In this document: piece by piece, positions 56,353 through 64,000 of the stretch
Position numbering within the stretch: the stretch's first letter is position 1
How the letters are laid out: each line of letters begins with the position of its first letter
Origin: an uncultured Bacteroides sp.
GTDB taxonomy: Bacteria > Bacteroidota > Bacteroidia > Bacteroidales > GCA-2748055
Assembly (NCBI GenBank): GCA_964500835.1
Contig: CAZCQL010000007.1
Span: 31,871-95,870 of the forward strand
DNA length: 64,000 nucleotides
Direction of reading: 5' to 3'
Program-made: the position numbers and the translations under genes
Notes under the pieces: generated by a model
Seen by the model: only the letters and a program-made list of their open reading frames with translations
What the model was told of the DNA's origin: nothing
The model's database searches: none

Positions 56353-57480
56353 CTATTTTTGTTTCTCTGACAGGTATTGTTTATAATATGACTCAATGAT
56401 CTTAGCTTTTTTAAGACTGGCCTCAGCTTTCCGGACAAGGAAATCTTTCTTCGATTCACCTTTTCTTTTGGATTCAAAAATGGGATCCGCAGAAAGCTCT
56501 TCTTTATAGGGCTTATCATAATATTTCATGACGAAAATTTCGGGATGAACCTCCCATCGGGTTAAGTCGCCGGCATACGAAATGCTGTAAAATGATTTCC
56601 CGTTCGGGTGATAGACCAGGTCCAGAATTGCTTCTTCATTGTCCAGATAATGATAAATGCGTTCTCCGGAATTCACATCCCAAAGTATCAGGGACTGATC
56701 GGCTGATCCGCTCACCAGATACTGTCCGTCGGGACTGAATGCCACCTCCAATACCATATCCCTGTGTCCTTTCAGCAGGTGAATCAGTTTTTCTTCCTTC
56801 AAATCATACATTCTGACGGTTTTGTCCTTCGAAGCTACAGCGAGCCAGCGACTGTCGGGGCTGAAAGATACATCATAAATATCCTGGGTTGGGCCATCCA
56901 GGGTTTTTGCTACCTGACGGGTTGCCATATCCCAGATTTTTATTTTAAGGTCATTGCTGCCACTGGCGATCCATCGGTTGTCCGGACTGATGGACACCGA
57001 CATGGTGACGTCTTCATGACCTTTCATCCTTTTCAGCAGAACGCTGTTGTATACATCCCACAGAAGAAACGTCTTGTTAAAGGCCGAGGATACAGCGTAT
57101 TTCCCATCACTGCTAATATCCGCATTCCAGATGGTTGTCGCATGGGCATTCCAGTTGGCCAGATGCTTTCCGGTTAAATCCCACAACTTTATGGTATTGT
57201 CGCCGGCTGTCAAAACAAAGTCCATTTTTGGCGGCATATCCATGGCATTAACCGCTTTTAAATGCGCATTTTCAACCACAAGTTCTGGTTCAAAGTTTTC
57301 AGAATCCAGTAACCTGAATGAACCATCTTGAAACCCAGCCAATAAGAATTTTCCATCAGGTGAGATATTAATGGAGGTAAGAATGGTTTTATAAACTACC
57401 CTTTTTAGAATGTAAGAATCGTCCTGGCCCCAGGCCAGAGCTCTAGCAGAAAGAAGCAGAATCAGGATGGAAATTTTCAT
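56353..57480 (-). CDS. Secreted WD40-repeat beta-propeller protein with a Lys-rich helical tail
   Basis: The signal peptide is MKISILILLLSARALAWGQ. About seven WD40 units follow (LLAGFQDGSFRLLD, VLTAGDNTIKLWD, IASGSNDLKIKIWD, LAVASKDKTVRMYD, LVSGSADQSLILWD). The C-terminus is KGESKKDFLVRKAEASLKKAKIIESYYKQYLSEKQK. Confidence 0.8.
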   Translation of the reverse strand: MKISILILLLSARALAWGQDDSYILKRVVYKTILTSINISPDGKFLLAGFQDGSFRLLDSENFEPELVVENAHLKAVNAMDMPPKMDFVLTAGDNTIKLWDLTGKHLANWNAHATTIWNADISSDGKYAVSSAFNKTFLLWDVYNSVLLKRMKGHEDVTMSVSISPDNRWIASGSNDLKIKIWDMATRQVAKTLDGPTQDIYDVSFSPDSRWLAVASKDKTVRMYDLKEEKLIHLLKGHRDMVLEVAFSPDGQYLVSGSADQSLILWDVNSGERIYHYLDNEEAILDLVYHPNGKSFYSISYAGDLTRWEVHPEIFVMKYYDKPYKEELSADPIFESKRKGESKKDFLVRKAEASLKKAKIIESYYKQYLSEKQK

Positions 57481-57612
57481 GGATCTTCTGTTTTTTACTA
57501 AGATACAGCACCTTATGTGAAGAAAACAAAATTTCTTTGCACAAGTAGTAAGGATTGGGAGTTAGATTGCAAAATTCCTGATTATTGGAGTCGGTTGAAT
57601 GGCTAGTTATAG

Positions 57613-57647
57613 TACCTTTGCAGACCATTGATCTTTATTTAGTTTTG
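57613..57647 (+). promoter_or_regulatory. Two TAnnTTTG (-7 type) boxes upstream of the metal permease gene
   Basis: TACCTTTG lies at 57613-57620 and TAGTTTTG at 57640-57647. The ATG I prefer is at 57682. Confidence 0.3.
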
Positions 57648-57681
57648 ATTGTTATATTTATCCGTTGAGGAGGAAGCAGTG

Positions 57682-58947
57682 ATGGGGATCGTGAATGAAT
57701 ATGCAGTTGAATTGGCTCATTTGGTAAATGAAATGGCACCCTACCTCTTATTGGGGTTCCTGTTTGCAGGTATTCTCAGGGTAGTTTTCCCAAAAAAAGT
57801 CATCTCCAGGTATATGGGGCAGCGCAACTTTCGTTCGGTGCTAAATGCGTCCTTATTAGGTGTTCCATTACCGCTCTGCTCGTGCGGAGTTCTTCCGACA
57901 GGAATAGGGTTTTTTAAAAATGGTGCCAGCCGTGGGTCCACCATTTCCTTTCTTATCTCAACCCCCCAAACCGGAGTAGATTCCATTTTTGCAACCTATT
58001 CCTTACTTGGACTTCCCCTGGCAATTATCAGGCCGGCAGTGGCATTAATTACCGGAGTTTTTGGAGGGGTCACGGGGAACTTATCAGAGAAGAAGAGAGA
58101 AGAAAGCATATCTGATATAAACGCCCCGGAAGAGGAGCACGACCGCACTGTGAAAGAACTTTTCAGGTATGGTTTTGTGGAACTGCTCCAGGATATTTCA
58201 AAGTGGTTGATTATCGGAATGCTCTTAGCTGCATTTTTGTCGGTGCTGATCCCTGAAGACTTTTTTATCAATGGTATTGCCAGTGAGTACCTGGCTATGG
58301 TTCTAATGCTGGCAGCATCCATACCACTTTATATCTGTGCTACAGGATCCATCCCTATTGCGGCCGTTCTGCTCATGAAAGGATTATCTCCCGGTGCTGC
58401 GCTTGTGCTGTTAATGGCCGGTCCGGCCACAAACATTGCCACCATGGCCGTGATTGGAAATGCAATGGGCAGGCGATCACTCAGGATCTACCTTACCAGC
58501 ATTATAGGTGGGGCACTTTTATTCGGGATACTGGTTAATGAACTGGTGCCAAGGGAATGGGTATTAGGATCCATCCCCATTGACCTGCATGACGGATTAT
58601 ATACACATTCCGCAACGTGGATTCGGTGGATTTCATCCGCAGCGTTGGTGTTGCTGATTATCAACGGATATGTAATAAAGATAATTACAAGACGAAGAGA
58701 CCAGATTGGAAATAAAGCAAAGTCAGAACATATGCAAACAACTATTCACAATTTCAGGGTTGACGGGATGACTTGTAGTCATTGCAAGGCCAGCGTAGAG
58801 AATGGATTAAAAAAGAATCCATCCATGAGGGAAGTCCTGGCCGATCCTGATCTGAACATGGTTACGATCGAAGCAGCAGTCATCAATGATTCAGTTGTTC
58901 AGGAAACTGTAGAGAGCCTTGGTTATAGGTATAGAGGAAGGCTCTGA
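57682..58947 (+). CDS. Permease (DUF318 / SO_0444-like putative Cu/Zn efflux family) fused to a C-terminal heavy-metal-associated (HMA) domain
   Basis: The N-terminus MAPYLLLGFLFAGILRVVFP and the paired-Cys membrane motif LPLCSCGVLP are present. The C-terminal ~70 aa form an HMA domain with GMTCSHCKASVE. The start is set at MGIVNEY. Confidence 0.7.
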   Translation: MGIVNEYAVELAHLVNEMAPYLLLGFLFAGILRVVFPKKVISRYMGQRNFRSVLNASLLGVPLPLCSCGVLPTGIGFFKNGASRGSTISFLISTPQTGVDSIFATYSLLGLPLAIIRPAVALITGVFGGVTGNLSEKKREESISDINAPEEEHDRTVKELFRYGFVELLQDISKWLIIGMLLAAFLSVLIPEDFFINGIASEYLAMVLMLAASIPLYICATGSIPIAAVLLMKGLSPGAALVLLMAGPATNIATMAVIGNAMGRRSLRIYLTSIIGGALLFGILVNELVPREWVLGSIPIDLHDGLYTHSATWIRWISSAALVLLIINGYVIKIITRRRDQIGNKAKSEHMQTTIHNFRVDGMTCSHCKASVENGLKKNPSMREVLADPDLNMVTIEAAVINDSVVQETVESLGYRYRGRL

Positions 58948-58985
58948 TTTTTAATTGATTATTACATGAAAGATATTTATCATTC

Positions 58986-61454
58986 ATGACACTGAACGAC
59001 TTGCATACCGGTGATTCTGCCACCATTATCCGGATCCGGGGCAGGGGAGCCTTTCGGAAGCGACTTACCGAAATGGGTTTTATCCGTGGTAAACCTGTCA
59101 CGGTGCTGAAAGCGGCTCCTTTAAAAGATCCGGTGGAATACAGGATATTGGACAGCAATGTATCCCTGCGCAGAAGTGAGGCCAGTTTGATAGAGGTTGA
59201 GGATGCTCCATTCCGCGAAACGGCTATCTTCTCGCAGACAGGGGTCTTTCCTTCCTCGGTACGTAATCCTCTTGAACAAAGTCAGGGAAAAACCATCGAT
59301 GTGGCACTTGTTGGGAATCCCAACTGCGGCAAAACAACACTGTTTAACAGGGTATCCCGCTCACGTGAACACGTAGGAAATTATGCCGGTGTCACAGTAG
59401 ATTCCAAGGAGGCTATATTTCGCCATAAGGGCTACACATTCAAAATCACTGATCTTCCCGGCACCTATTCCCTTTCTGATTATTCCATCGAAGAGAGGTT
59501 CGTGAGAGAGCATATCCTGCACAAGAAACCCGACGTTGTTGTGAATGTGGTTGACGCCAATAACCTGGAACGGAACCTCTATCTTACAAGCCAGTTGCTG
59601 GATATGGATATAACCGTTGTACTGGCCCTGAATATGTACGACGATTTGCTTAGCCGGAAGGATAAATTGGATATCGGCCTGCTCAGCAAATTATTAGGAA
59701 TACGCGTAGTCCCCACAATCAGTAACCGTGGCAAGGGTATCTACCGCTTACTTAATCACGTGATCCGTGTGTATGAAGGTGATGACCCGGATATTCGACA
59801 CATTCACATAAATTATGGTGAGGAGATTGAACATTCGGTACATAAGCTGCAGGAACTGGTCAGGAAAACCCCTTCACTTACCGACAACTTCTCCTCCAGA
59901 TTCCTCTCGCTGAAATTACTGGAACGAGACGAAAACATAACTAATCTGATTTCCGGAACAGATAACTTTATCGAGATTCAGGAAGCTGCCAGTGAGGAGG
60001 TCAACCGAATCAAACACCTTTTAAAGGAGGGACCAGAGACTCTGGTTACTGATGCAAGGTATGGATTTATTGCAGGCGCACTCAAAGAAACCATGAAAAA
60101 GAGTGGTAAGAATCCTGGATTTACAAGATCTCATAAAATAGACAATATCCTTACCAACAAGTACCTGGGACTACCCATCTTCCTTGGTTTTTTATGGCTC
60201 ATGTTCCATGCTACCTTTACCCTTGGTAACTATCCCATGGACTGGATTGCACGTGGAGTAGATCTCTTGAGCAACTTCCTGAGATTACATCTTGCTGAAG
60301 GAGTTCTGAAGGATTTACTTGTGGACGGAATAGTCGGCGGGGTAGGTGGAGTCATTGTATTTTTACCCAACATCCTTATTCTTTTCTTTTTCATTTCGCT
60401 CATGGAAGATACAGGATATATGGCCCGTACTGCATTTATTATGGATAAGGTAATGCATTTGTTTGGCCTGCATGGGAAGTCATTTATTCCCCTGATTATG
60501 GGTTTCGGGTGCAATGTTCCTGCCATTATGGCTACCCGCACGCTGGAGAACAGAAACGACCGTCTTCTAACCATGTTAATCATCCCTTTTATGTCCTGTA
60601 GCGCCCGATTGCCTGTGTATGTGCTGGTGGCCGGGGCAATATTCCCCGGCAGGGCAGGGAATATTATCTTTTTGCTTTATATCATAGGAGTAGCCTTCTC
60701 GATGCTTATGTCGATCCTCTTCAAGAATATTCTATTTAAAAACAGGGAGGCTCCATTTGTGATGGAATTGCCTGTGTACAGGAATCCCGGAATGAGGGTA
60801 ATATTGCGACACATGTGGAACAAAGGAGTACATTATCTGAAAAAAATGGGTGGGGTGATCCTAATCGCCTCTATCGTAATTTGGATATTGGGATATTTTC
60901 CCAGGAATGTGGAATATTCAAAAAATTACCAGGGCCTCATAGCCCAGGAGGAGCAGAAAGTGGAATCTTCACAGGAAAATCTTTTCATGTTAAAACGTGA
61001 GATGGAAGCCGAACGTCAGGAATATTCCTATATCGGTTGGCTTGGGAAATCCATTGAGCCGGTCATCAAACCGCTGGGATTTGACTGGAAAATGGGGATC
61101 AGTCTGGTAACCGGTTTTGCGGCCAAGGAAATTGTAGTGAGTACCATGGGTGTGCTCTACCAGGCTGATGCTGGAATCCTGGATGGTGAGTCTGCCTCTT
61201 TGCAAACCCGTATCCGGGAACAGGTATATGCATCAGGCCCGAGGGCAGGAGAGACAGTTTTTACCCCTCTTGCGGGCTTATCATTTCTTCTTTTTGTTCT
61301 GTTCTATCTTCCCTGTGTGGCAGTGATTACCGCTGTGGGAAGAGAGTCGGGCAGCTGGAAGTGGGCAGGTTTTGTTTTGTTCTATACCACTGCTATTGCG
61401 TGGGTAGCCAGCTTTGTTGTATATCAGGTCGGAAGCTTGCTCCAATTGGGATGA
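58986..61454 (+). CDS. feoB: Ferrous iron transporter, FeoA-FeoB fusion
   Basis: The N-terminal FeoA SH3-like domain reads GDSATIIRIRGRGAFRKRLTEMGFIRGKPVTV. The FeoB G domain has VALVGNPNCGKTTLFN and DLPGTYSL. A C-terminal polytopic gate domain follows. The ORF is 822 aa. Confidence 0.9.
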   Translation: MTLNDLHTGDSATIIRIRGRGAFRKRLTEMGFIRGKPVTVLKAAPLKDPVEYRILDSNVSLRRSEASLIEVEDAPFRETAIFSQTGVFPSSVRNPLEQSQGKTIDVALVGNPNCGKTTLFNRVSRSREHVGNYAGVTVDSKEAIFRHKGYTFKITDLPGTYSLSDYSIEERFVREHILHKKPDVVVNVVDANNLERNLYLTSQLLDMDITVVLALNMYDDLLSRKDKLDIGLLSKLLGIRVVPTISNRGKGIYRLLNHVIRVYEGDDPDIRHIHINYGEEIEHSVHKLQELVRKTPSLTDNFSSRFLSLKLLERDENITNLISGTDNFIEIQEAASEEVNRIKHLLKEGPETLVTDARYGFIAGALKETMKKSGKNPGFTRSHKIDNILTNKYLGLPIFLGFLWLMFHATFTLGNYPMDWIARGVDLLSNFLRLHLAEGVLKDLLVDGIVGGVGGVIVFLPNILILFFFISLMEDTGYMARTAFIMDKVMHLFGLHGKSFIPLIMGFGCNVPAIMATRTLENRNDRLLTMLIIPFMSCSARLPVYVLVAGAIFPGRAGNIIFLLYIIGVAFSMLMSILFKNILFKNREAPFVMELPVYRNPGMRVILRHMWNKGVHYLKKMGGVILIASIVIWILGYFPRNVEYSKNYQGLIAQEEQKVESSQENLFMLKREMEAERQEYSYIGWLGKSIEPVIKPLGFDWKMGISLVTGFAAKEIVVSTMGVLYQADAGILDGESASLQTRIREQVYASGPRAGETVFTPLAGLSFLLFVLFYLPCVAVITAVGRESGSWKWAGFVLFYTTAIAWVASFVVYQVGSLLQLG

Positions 61455-61524
61455 TTTTTTATATCTTGCGCCCCATCTGATAAAAAAATACGGAACGTCA
61501 GTTTGAAACCGAAAATATATTGAT

Positions 61525-64000
61525 ATGTTGAAAAGATTATCTTTCCTTGTCTCAATGCCCTTCATGGGCATCCTATTAATACTGTTAATTGTTGTATTAG
61601 CACTTGGAACTTTTGTGGAAAGTTCCTACGGCCGCGAAACTGCCTATGCAGTTGTTTATGGAACGCATTGGTTTGAATTATTGCTTTTGGTAATGGGGAC
61701 CAACGTGGTGGGGGTGATGATAAAACAGAAGTTTTTCAAGCGAAAAAAGATTGTGATTTTTATCTTTCACCTGGCATTTATCCTGATTCTTGCAGGGGCT
61801 GCCATTACCCGTTTTATTAGTTATGAAGGGAACATGCATATCCGGGAAAATGCTACCTCGAGCAGTATATTGAGTAGCAATGCCTATGTGGATATTAGCC
61901 TTCAGGCCAACGGAGATGAACTAGTGCAAAGCAAAAAGGTCAGGTTGACAGACCTTACACCAGGCGATTACAGAATGACCACCCGGGTTGGAGGCGAAAA
62001 GGTAAGGATTAAATCGGTTGGATACATGTCCGATGCCATAGAGCAATATGTAGCCTCTCCGGGTGGAGATCCATTCCTTCAGATTGTGCTGGTAACTCAG
62101 CAGCAATTCGCTGTTGGGATTCCGTCAGGTAATACCGTCGAGTCTATGGGAACCAGAATCTCCTTAAATAATCCGGATACGACAGCCGTACTGAGATTTG
62201 TATCTGAAGGCCAAAATATCCTGCTATATGCTCCGTTTGCGGTCTCCGTTGGACAAATGGGCGGGAAGACCGAAGAGAAGTATGAGCCGGGGGCAGCCAT
62301 TCCTGTCAGTAGGAATACTCTTTATACGGTTGGTCCTATGAAGATGGCAGTGCAAACTTTTATTCCGTCGGCCAAAAAGCAGCTGGTGAGAGCACCTGCC
62401 AGTCAACAAGGCAATCATTTAGGAGCCGTAAAGTTAAAAATTGATTATAAAGGCATGATCACCGAACTCTTTGTGCCTGGTTTGGCCAGGGTGAAGGGTA
62501 CTCCCGTATCCGGTTCGATGGGTGATTTGTCCTATTCAATTGCCTATGGATCAAAGGAAATTCCAATCCCATTTTCACTCTTCCTTAAAGATTTTCAGGT
62601 TGAGCGGTATCCCGGATCCAACAGTCCTTCTTCCTTTGCCAGTGATGTTGTTCTAATGGATCCGGAAATGGGGATCGATGAGGACAGGAGGATATTTATG
62701 AATAATGTATTAAAGCACCGGGGATTCAGGTTTTACCAGGCATCGTATGACACGGACGAGCTTGGGACTGTATTATCGGTGAATAAAGACGCTGCCGGAA
62801 CGTTTGTGACGTATATGGGTTACTTAGTATTGATAGGCGGGATGATCCTGGCCTTGTTTATGCGCAATACACGGTTTGCAAAAATCGCTAAAAATTCAGC
62901 TACCTCGGTCAAGATACTCATCCTCGGGCTACTGATATTGGGTGGGAACATACAGCTATTTTCCCAGGAGGTGCCTCCAAAAGAGGTAGCAGAAGAGTTT
63001 GGATACTTGTGGGTCCAGGATAAGGGTGGTCGATTCGAACCTATGAACACTCTTGCCAACGAGGTGGTGCGGAAGATCACCAAGAAAACAAAATTTGAAG
63101 AATATACCTCCGACCAGGTCCTTCTGGGTATGATATTGTACCCAAACGCATGGCAGCAAAAACCTCTTTTTAAAATTAAGAATTCCGAATTGCAACAAAT
63201 AATCGGATATAAGGGAGAGCTGGTCAGTTTCAATGACCTGATGGACGCTTCAGGAAATTACATCTTGTCCGAGTTAGTGAATAGTGCTTATGCCAAGGAA
63301 GTTGCGTCACAGACGGATCTCGATAAGGAGGTGATCAAATTGGACGACCGGCTAAATGCCCTATACCTGGTGAGGTCAGGCGGACTGATCCGTATTTTGC
63401 CCGATGCCGAAGCAGAGAACCACAAATGGGCCTCTGTGAGCGAAGCCATGATGGGACAGATGAAAGCCACTTCCGATACCATGTCCAACGTATTTCTGAA
63501 CTACCTGGGAGCCCTTCAGACAGGTGATTATATGACTGCCAGATTATATTTGAGCATGCTCCATCGGAACCAGCAAAAGACTATTGAAGTGCTTCCAACT
63601 GAAGCTAAAAAGAAATTGGAGATTACTTACAACAAAATCAATGTATTTTCCAGGTTATCAATATTTTACGGATTGGTTGGGATGCTGTTAATGGTTGTCC
63701 AATTCTTGATTGTATTCAAACCACGTAAATTATTCAAATGGTTGTTTTTCGCTGGTGCGGGTATGCTGGTATTGGCATTTCTAGTTCATTCATTTGCACT
63801 TGCGAGCAGGTGGTACATCAGTGGGCACGCTCCTCTGAGCAACGGTTATGAATCAATGATATTTGTCTCTTTTGTAACCATGCTGGCCGGCATAATCTTT
63901 ATGAAGCGATCGGGATATGCGGTTGCTCTTACTGCTATTCTGGCATCTTTGTCCCTAATGGTGGCTGGCATGAGCAATATGAATCCGGAGATCACCAACC
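61525..64000 (+). CDS. ccsA: Cytochrome c biogenesis protein, fused ResB-like/CcsA (CcsBA, system II), 5' part; runs off the window end
   Basis: Absent from the ORF track because it has no stop in the window. My translation from ATG 61525 reads MLKRLSFLVSMPFMGILLILLIVVLALGTFVESSYGRETAYAVVYGTHWFELLLLVMG (ResB-like N-terminus). Near the end, in the same frame, it reads LVHSFALASRWYISGHAPLSNGYESMIFVSFVTMLAGIIF...MNPEITN (CcsA-type). I spot-checked the frame at the 5' end and near the 3' end; it reads open at both and through base 64000. Confidence 0.8.
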   Translation, partial: MLKRLSFLVSMPFMGILLILLIVVLALGTFVESSYGRETAYAVVYGTHWFELLLLVMGTNVVGVMIKQKFFKRKKIVIFIFHLAFILILAGAAITRFISYEGNMHIRENATSSSILSSNAYVDISLQANGDELVQSKKVRLTDLTPGDYRMTTRVGGEKVRIKSVGYMSDAIEQYVASPGGDPFLQIVLVTQQQFAVGIPSGNTVESMGTRISLNNPDTTAVLRFVSEGQNILLYAPFAVSVGQMGGKTEEKYEPGAAIPVSRNTLYTVGPMKMAVQTFIPSAKKQLVRAPASQQGNHLGAVKLKIDYKGMITELFVPGLARVKGTPVSGSMGDLSYSIAYGSKEIPIPFSLFLKDFQVERYPGSNSPSSFASDVVLMDPEMGIDEDRRIFMNNVLKHRGFRFYQASYDTDELGTVLSVNKDAAGTFVTYMGYLVLIGGMILALFMRNTRFAKIAKNSATSVKILILGLLILGGNIQLFSQEVPPKEVAEEFGYLWVQDKGGRFEPMNTLANEVVRKITKKTKFEEYTSDQVLLGMILYPNAWQQKPLFKIKNSELQQIIGYKGELVSFNDLMDASGNYILSELVNSAYAKEVASQTDLDKEVIKLDDRLNALYLVRSGGLIRILPDAEAENHKWASVSEAMMGQMKATSDTMSNVFLNYLGALQTGDYMTARLYLSMLHRNQQKTIEVLPTEAKKKLEITYNKINVFSRLSIFYGLVGMLLMVVQFLIVFKPRKLFKWLFFAGAGMLVLAFLVHSFALASRWYISGHAPLSNGYESMIFVSFVTMLAGIIFMKRSGYAVALTAILASLSLMVAGMSNMNPEITN

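Noticed and set aside
56217-56519. 100-aa minus-strand ORF bridging the WD40 gene 3' end and the MATE remnant
   Set aside because: It overlaps the well-supported WD40 gene in another frame. The product is basic and low-complexity with no family resemblance.
1-64000. CRISPR arrays, IS elements or transposases, integrases, prophage genes, tRNA or rRNA genes
   Set aside because: I checked all intergenic gaps longer than 100 bp (10066-10206, 26620-26720, 31178-31313, 38839-39159, 41605-41797, 42422-42680, 50993-51095, 54534-54645, 55941-56352, 57481-57681). I saw no repeat-spacer periodicity, terminal inverted repeats, cloverleaf-compatible sequence or recombinase-like ORF. Compositional (GC/k-mer) island analysis was not possible by eye.

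Overview
The window is densely coding chromosomal DNA, about 55 genes, and looks like Bacteroidota. Supporting signs are T9SS C-terminal sorting domains, a propeller/Y_Y_Y sensor kinase, a fused ResB-CcsA gene, FeoA-FeoB, a LytTR regulator and TAnnTTTG-type promoter boxes. An anaerobic or microaerobic lifestyle is suggested by Rex, a flavodiiron protein, a 2-oxoacid:ferredoxin oxidoreductase and an ADP-forming acyl-CoA synthetase. I found no rRNA, tRNA, CRISPR array, transposase, integrase or phage genes. Most of the window is housekeeping: ftsH, lon, rsfS, birA, pyrE, coaD, psd, cdsA, gmk, nadD, yicC and feoAB. Four regions stand out. (1) At 10207-25355 a same-strand six-gene array encodes a polytopic membrane protein with a large helical-repeat tail, a STAND NTPase whose WD40 propeller lies behind a single TM helix and is therefore predicted periplasmic, an outer-membrane beta-barrel, a propeller-like lipoprotein, and two tandem paralogous ~1090-aa T9SS cargo proteins. 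No protein in the array has a recognisable effector or enzymatic domain. This is my best candidate for an undescribed envelope-spanning system. (2) At 1-9258 a tightly packed minus-strand array joins leucine catabolism (methylcrotonyl-CoA carboxylase, methylglutaconyl-CoA hydratase, acyl-CoA dehydrogenase) directly to mevalonate-pathway genes (HMG-CoA reductase, IDI-2, GHMP kinase, MVD), with no HMG-CoA lyase in the window. (3) At 41743-48975 sits a Rex-headed module of aminotransferase, 2-oxoacid:ferredoxin oxidoreductase and ADP-forming acyl-CoA synthetase. (4) At 54646-56239 an EgtD-like methyltransferase plus a DUF427 gene sit where most of a MATE transporter gene appears to have been lost. 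Two genes missing from the ORF track because they run off the window edges were recovered by hand: MVD at 1-471 (-) and ccsBA at 61525-64000 (+). All functional calls rest on motif and family recognition by eye; no searches were run.
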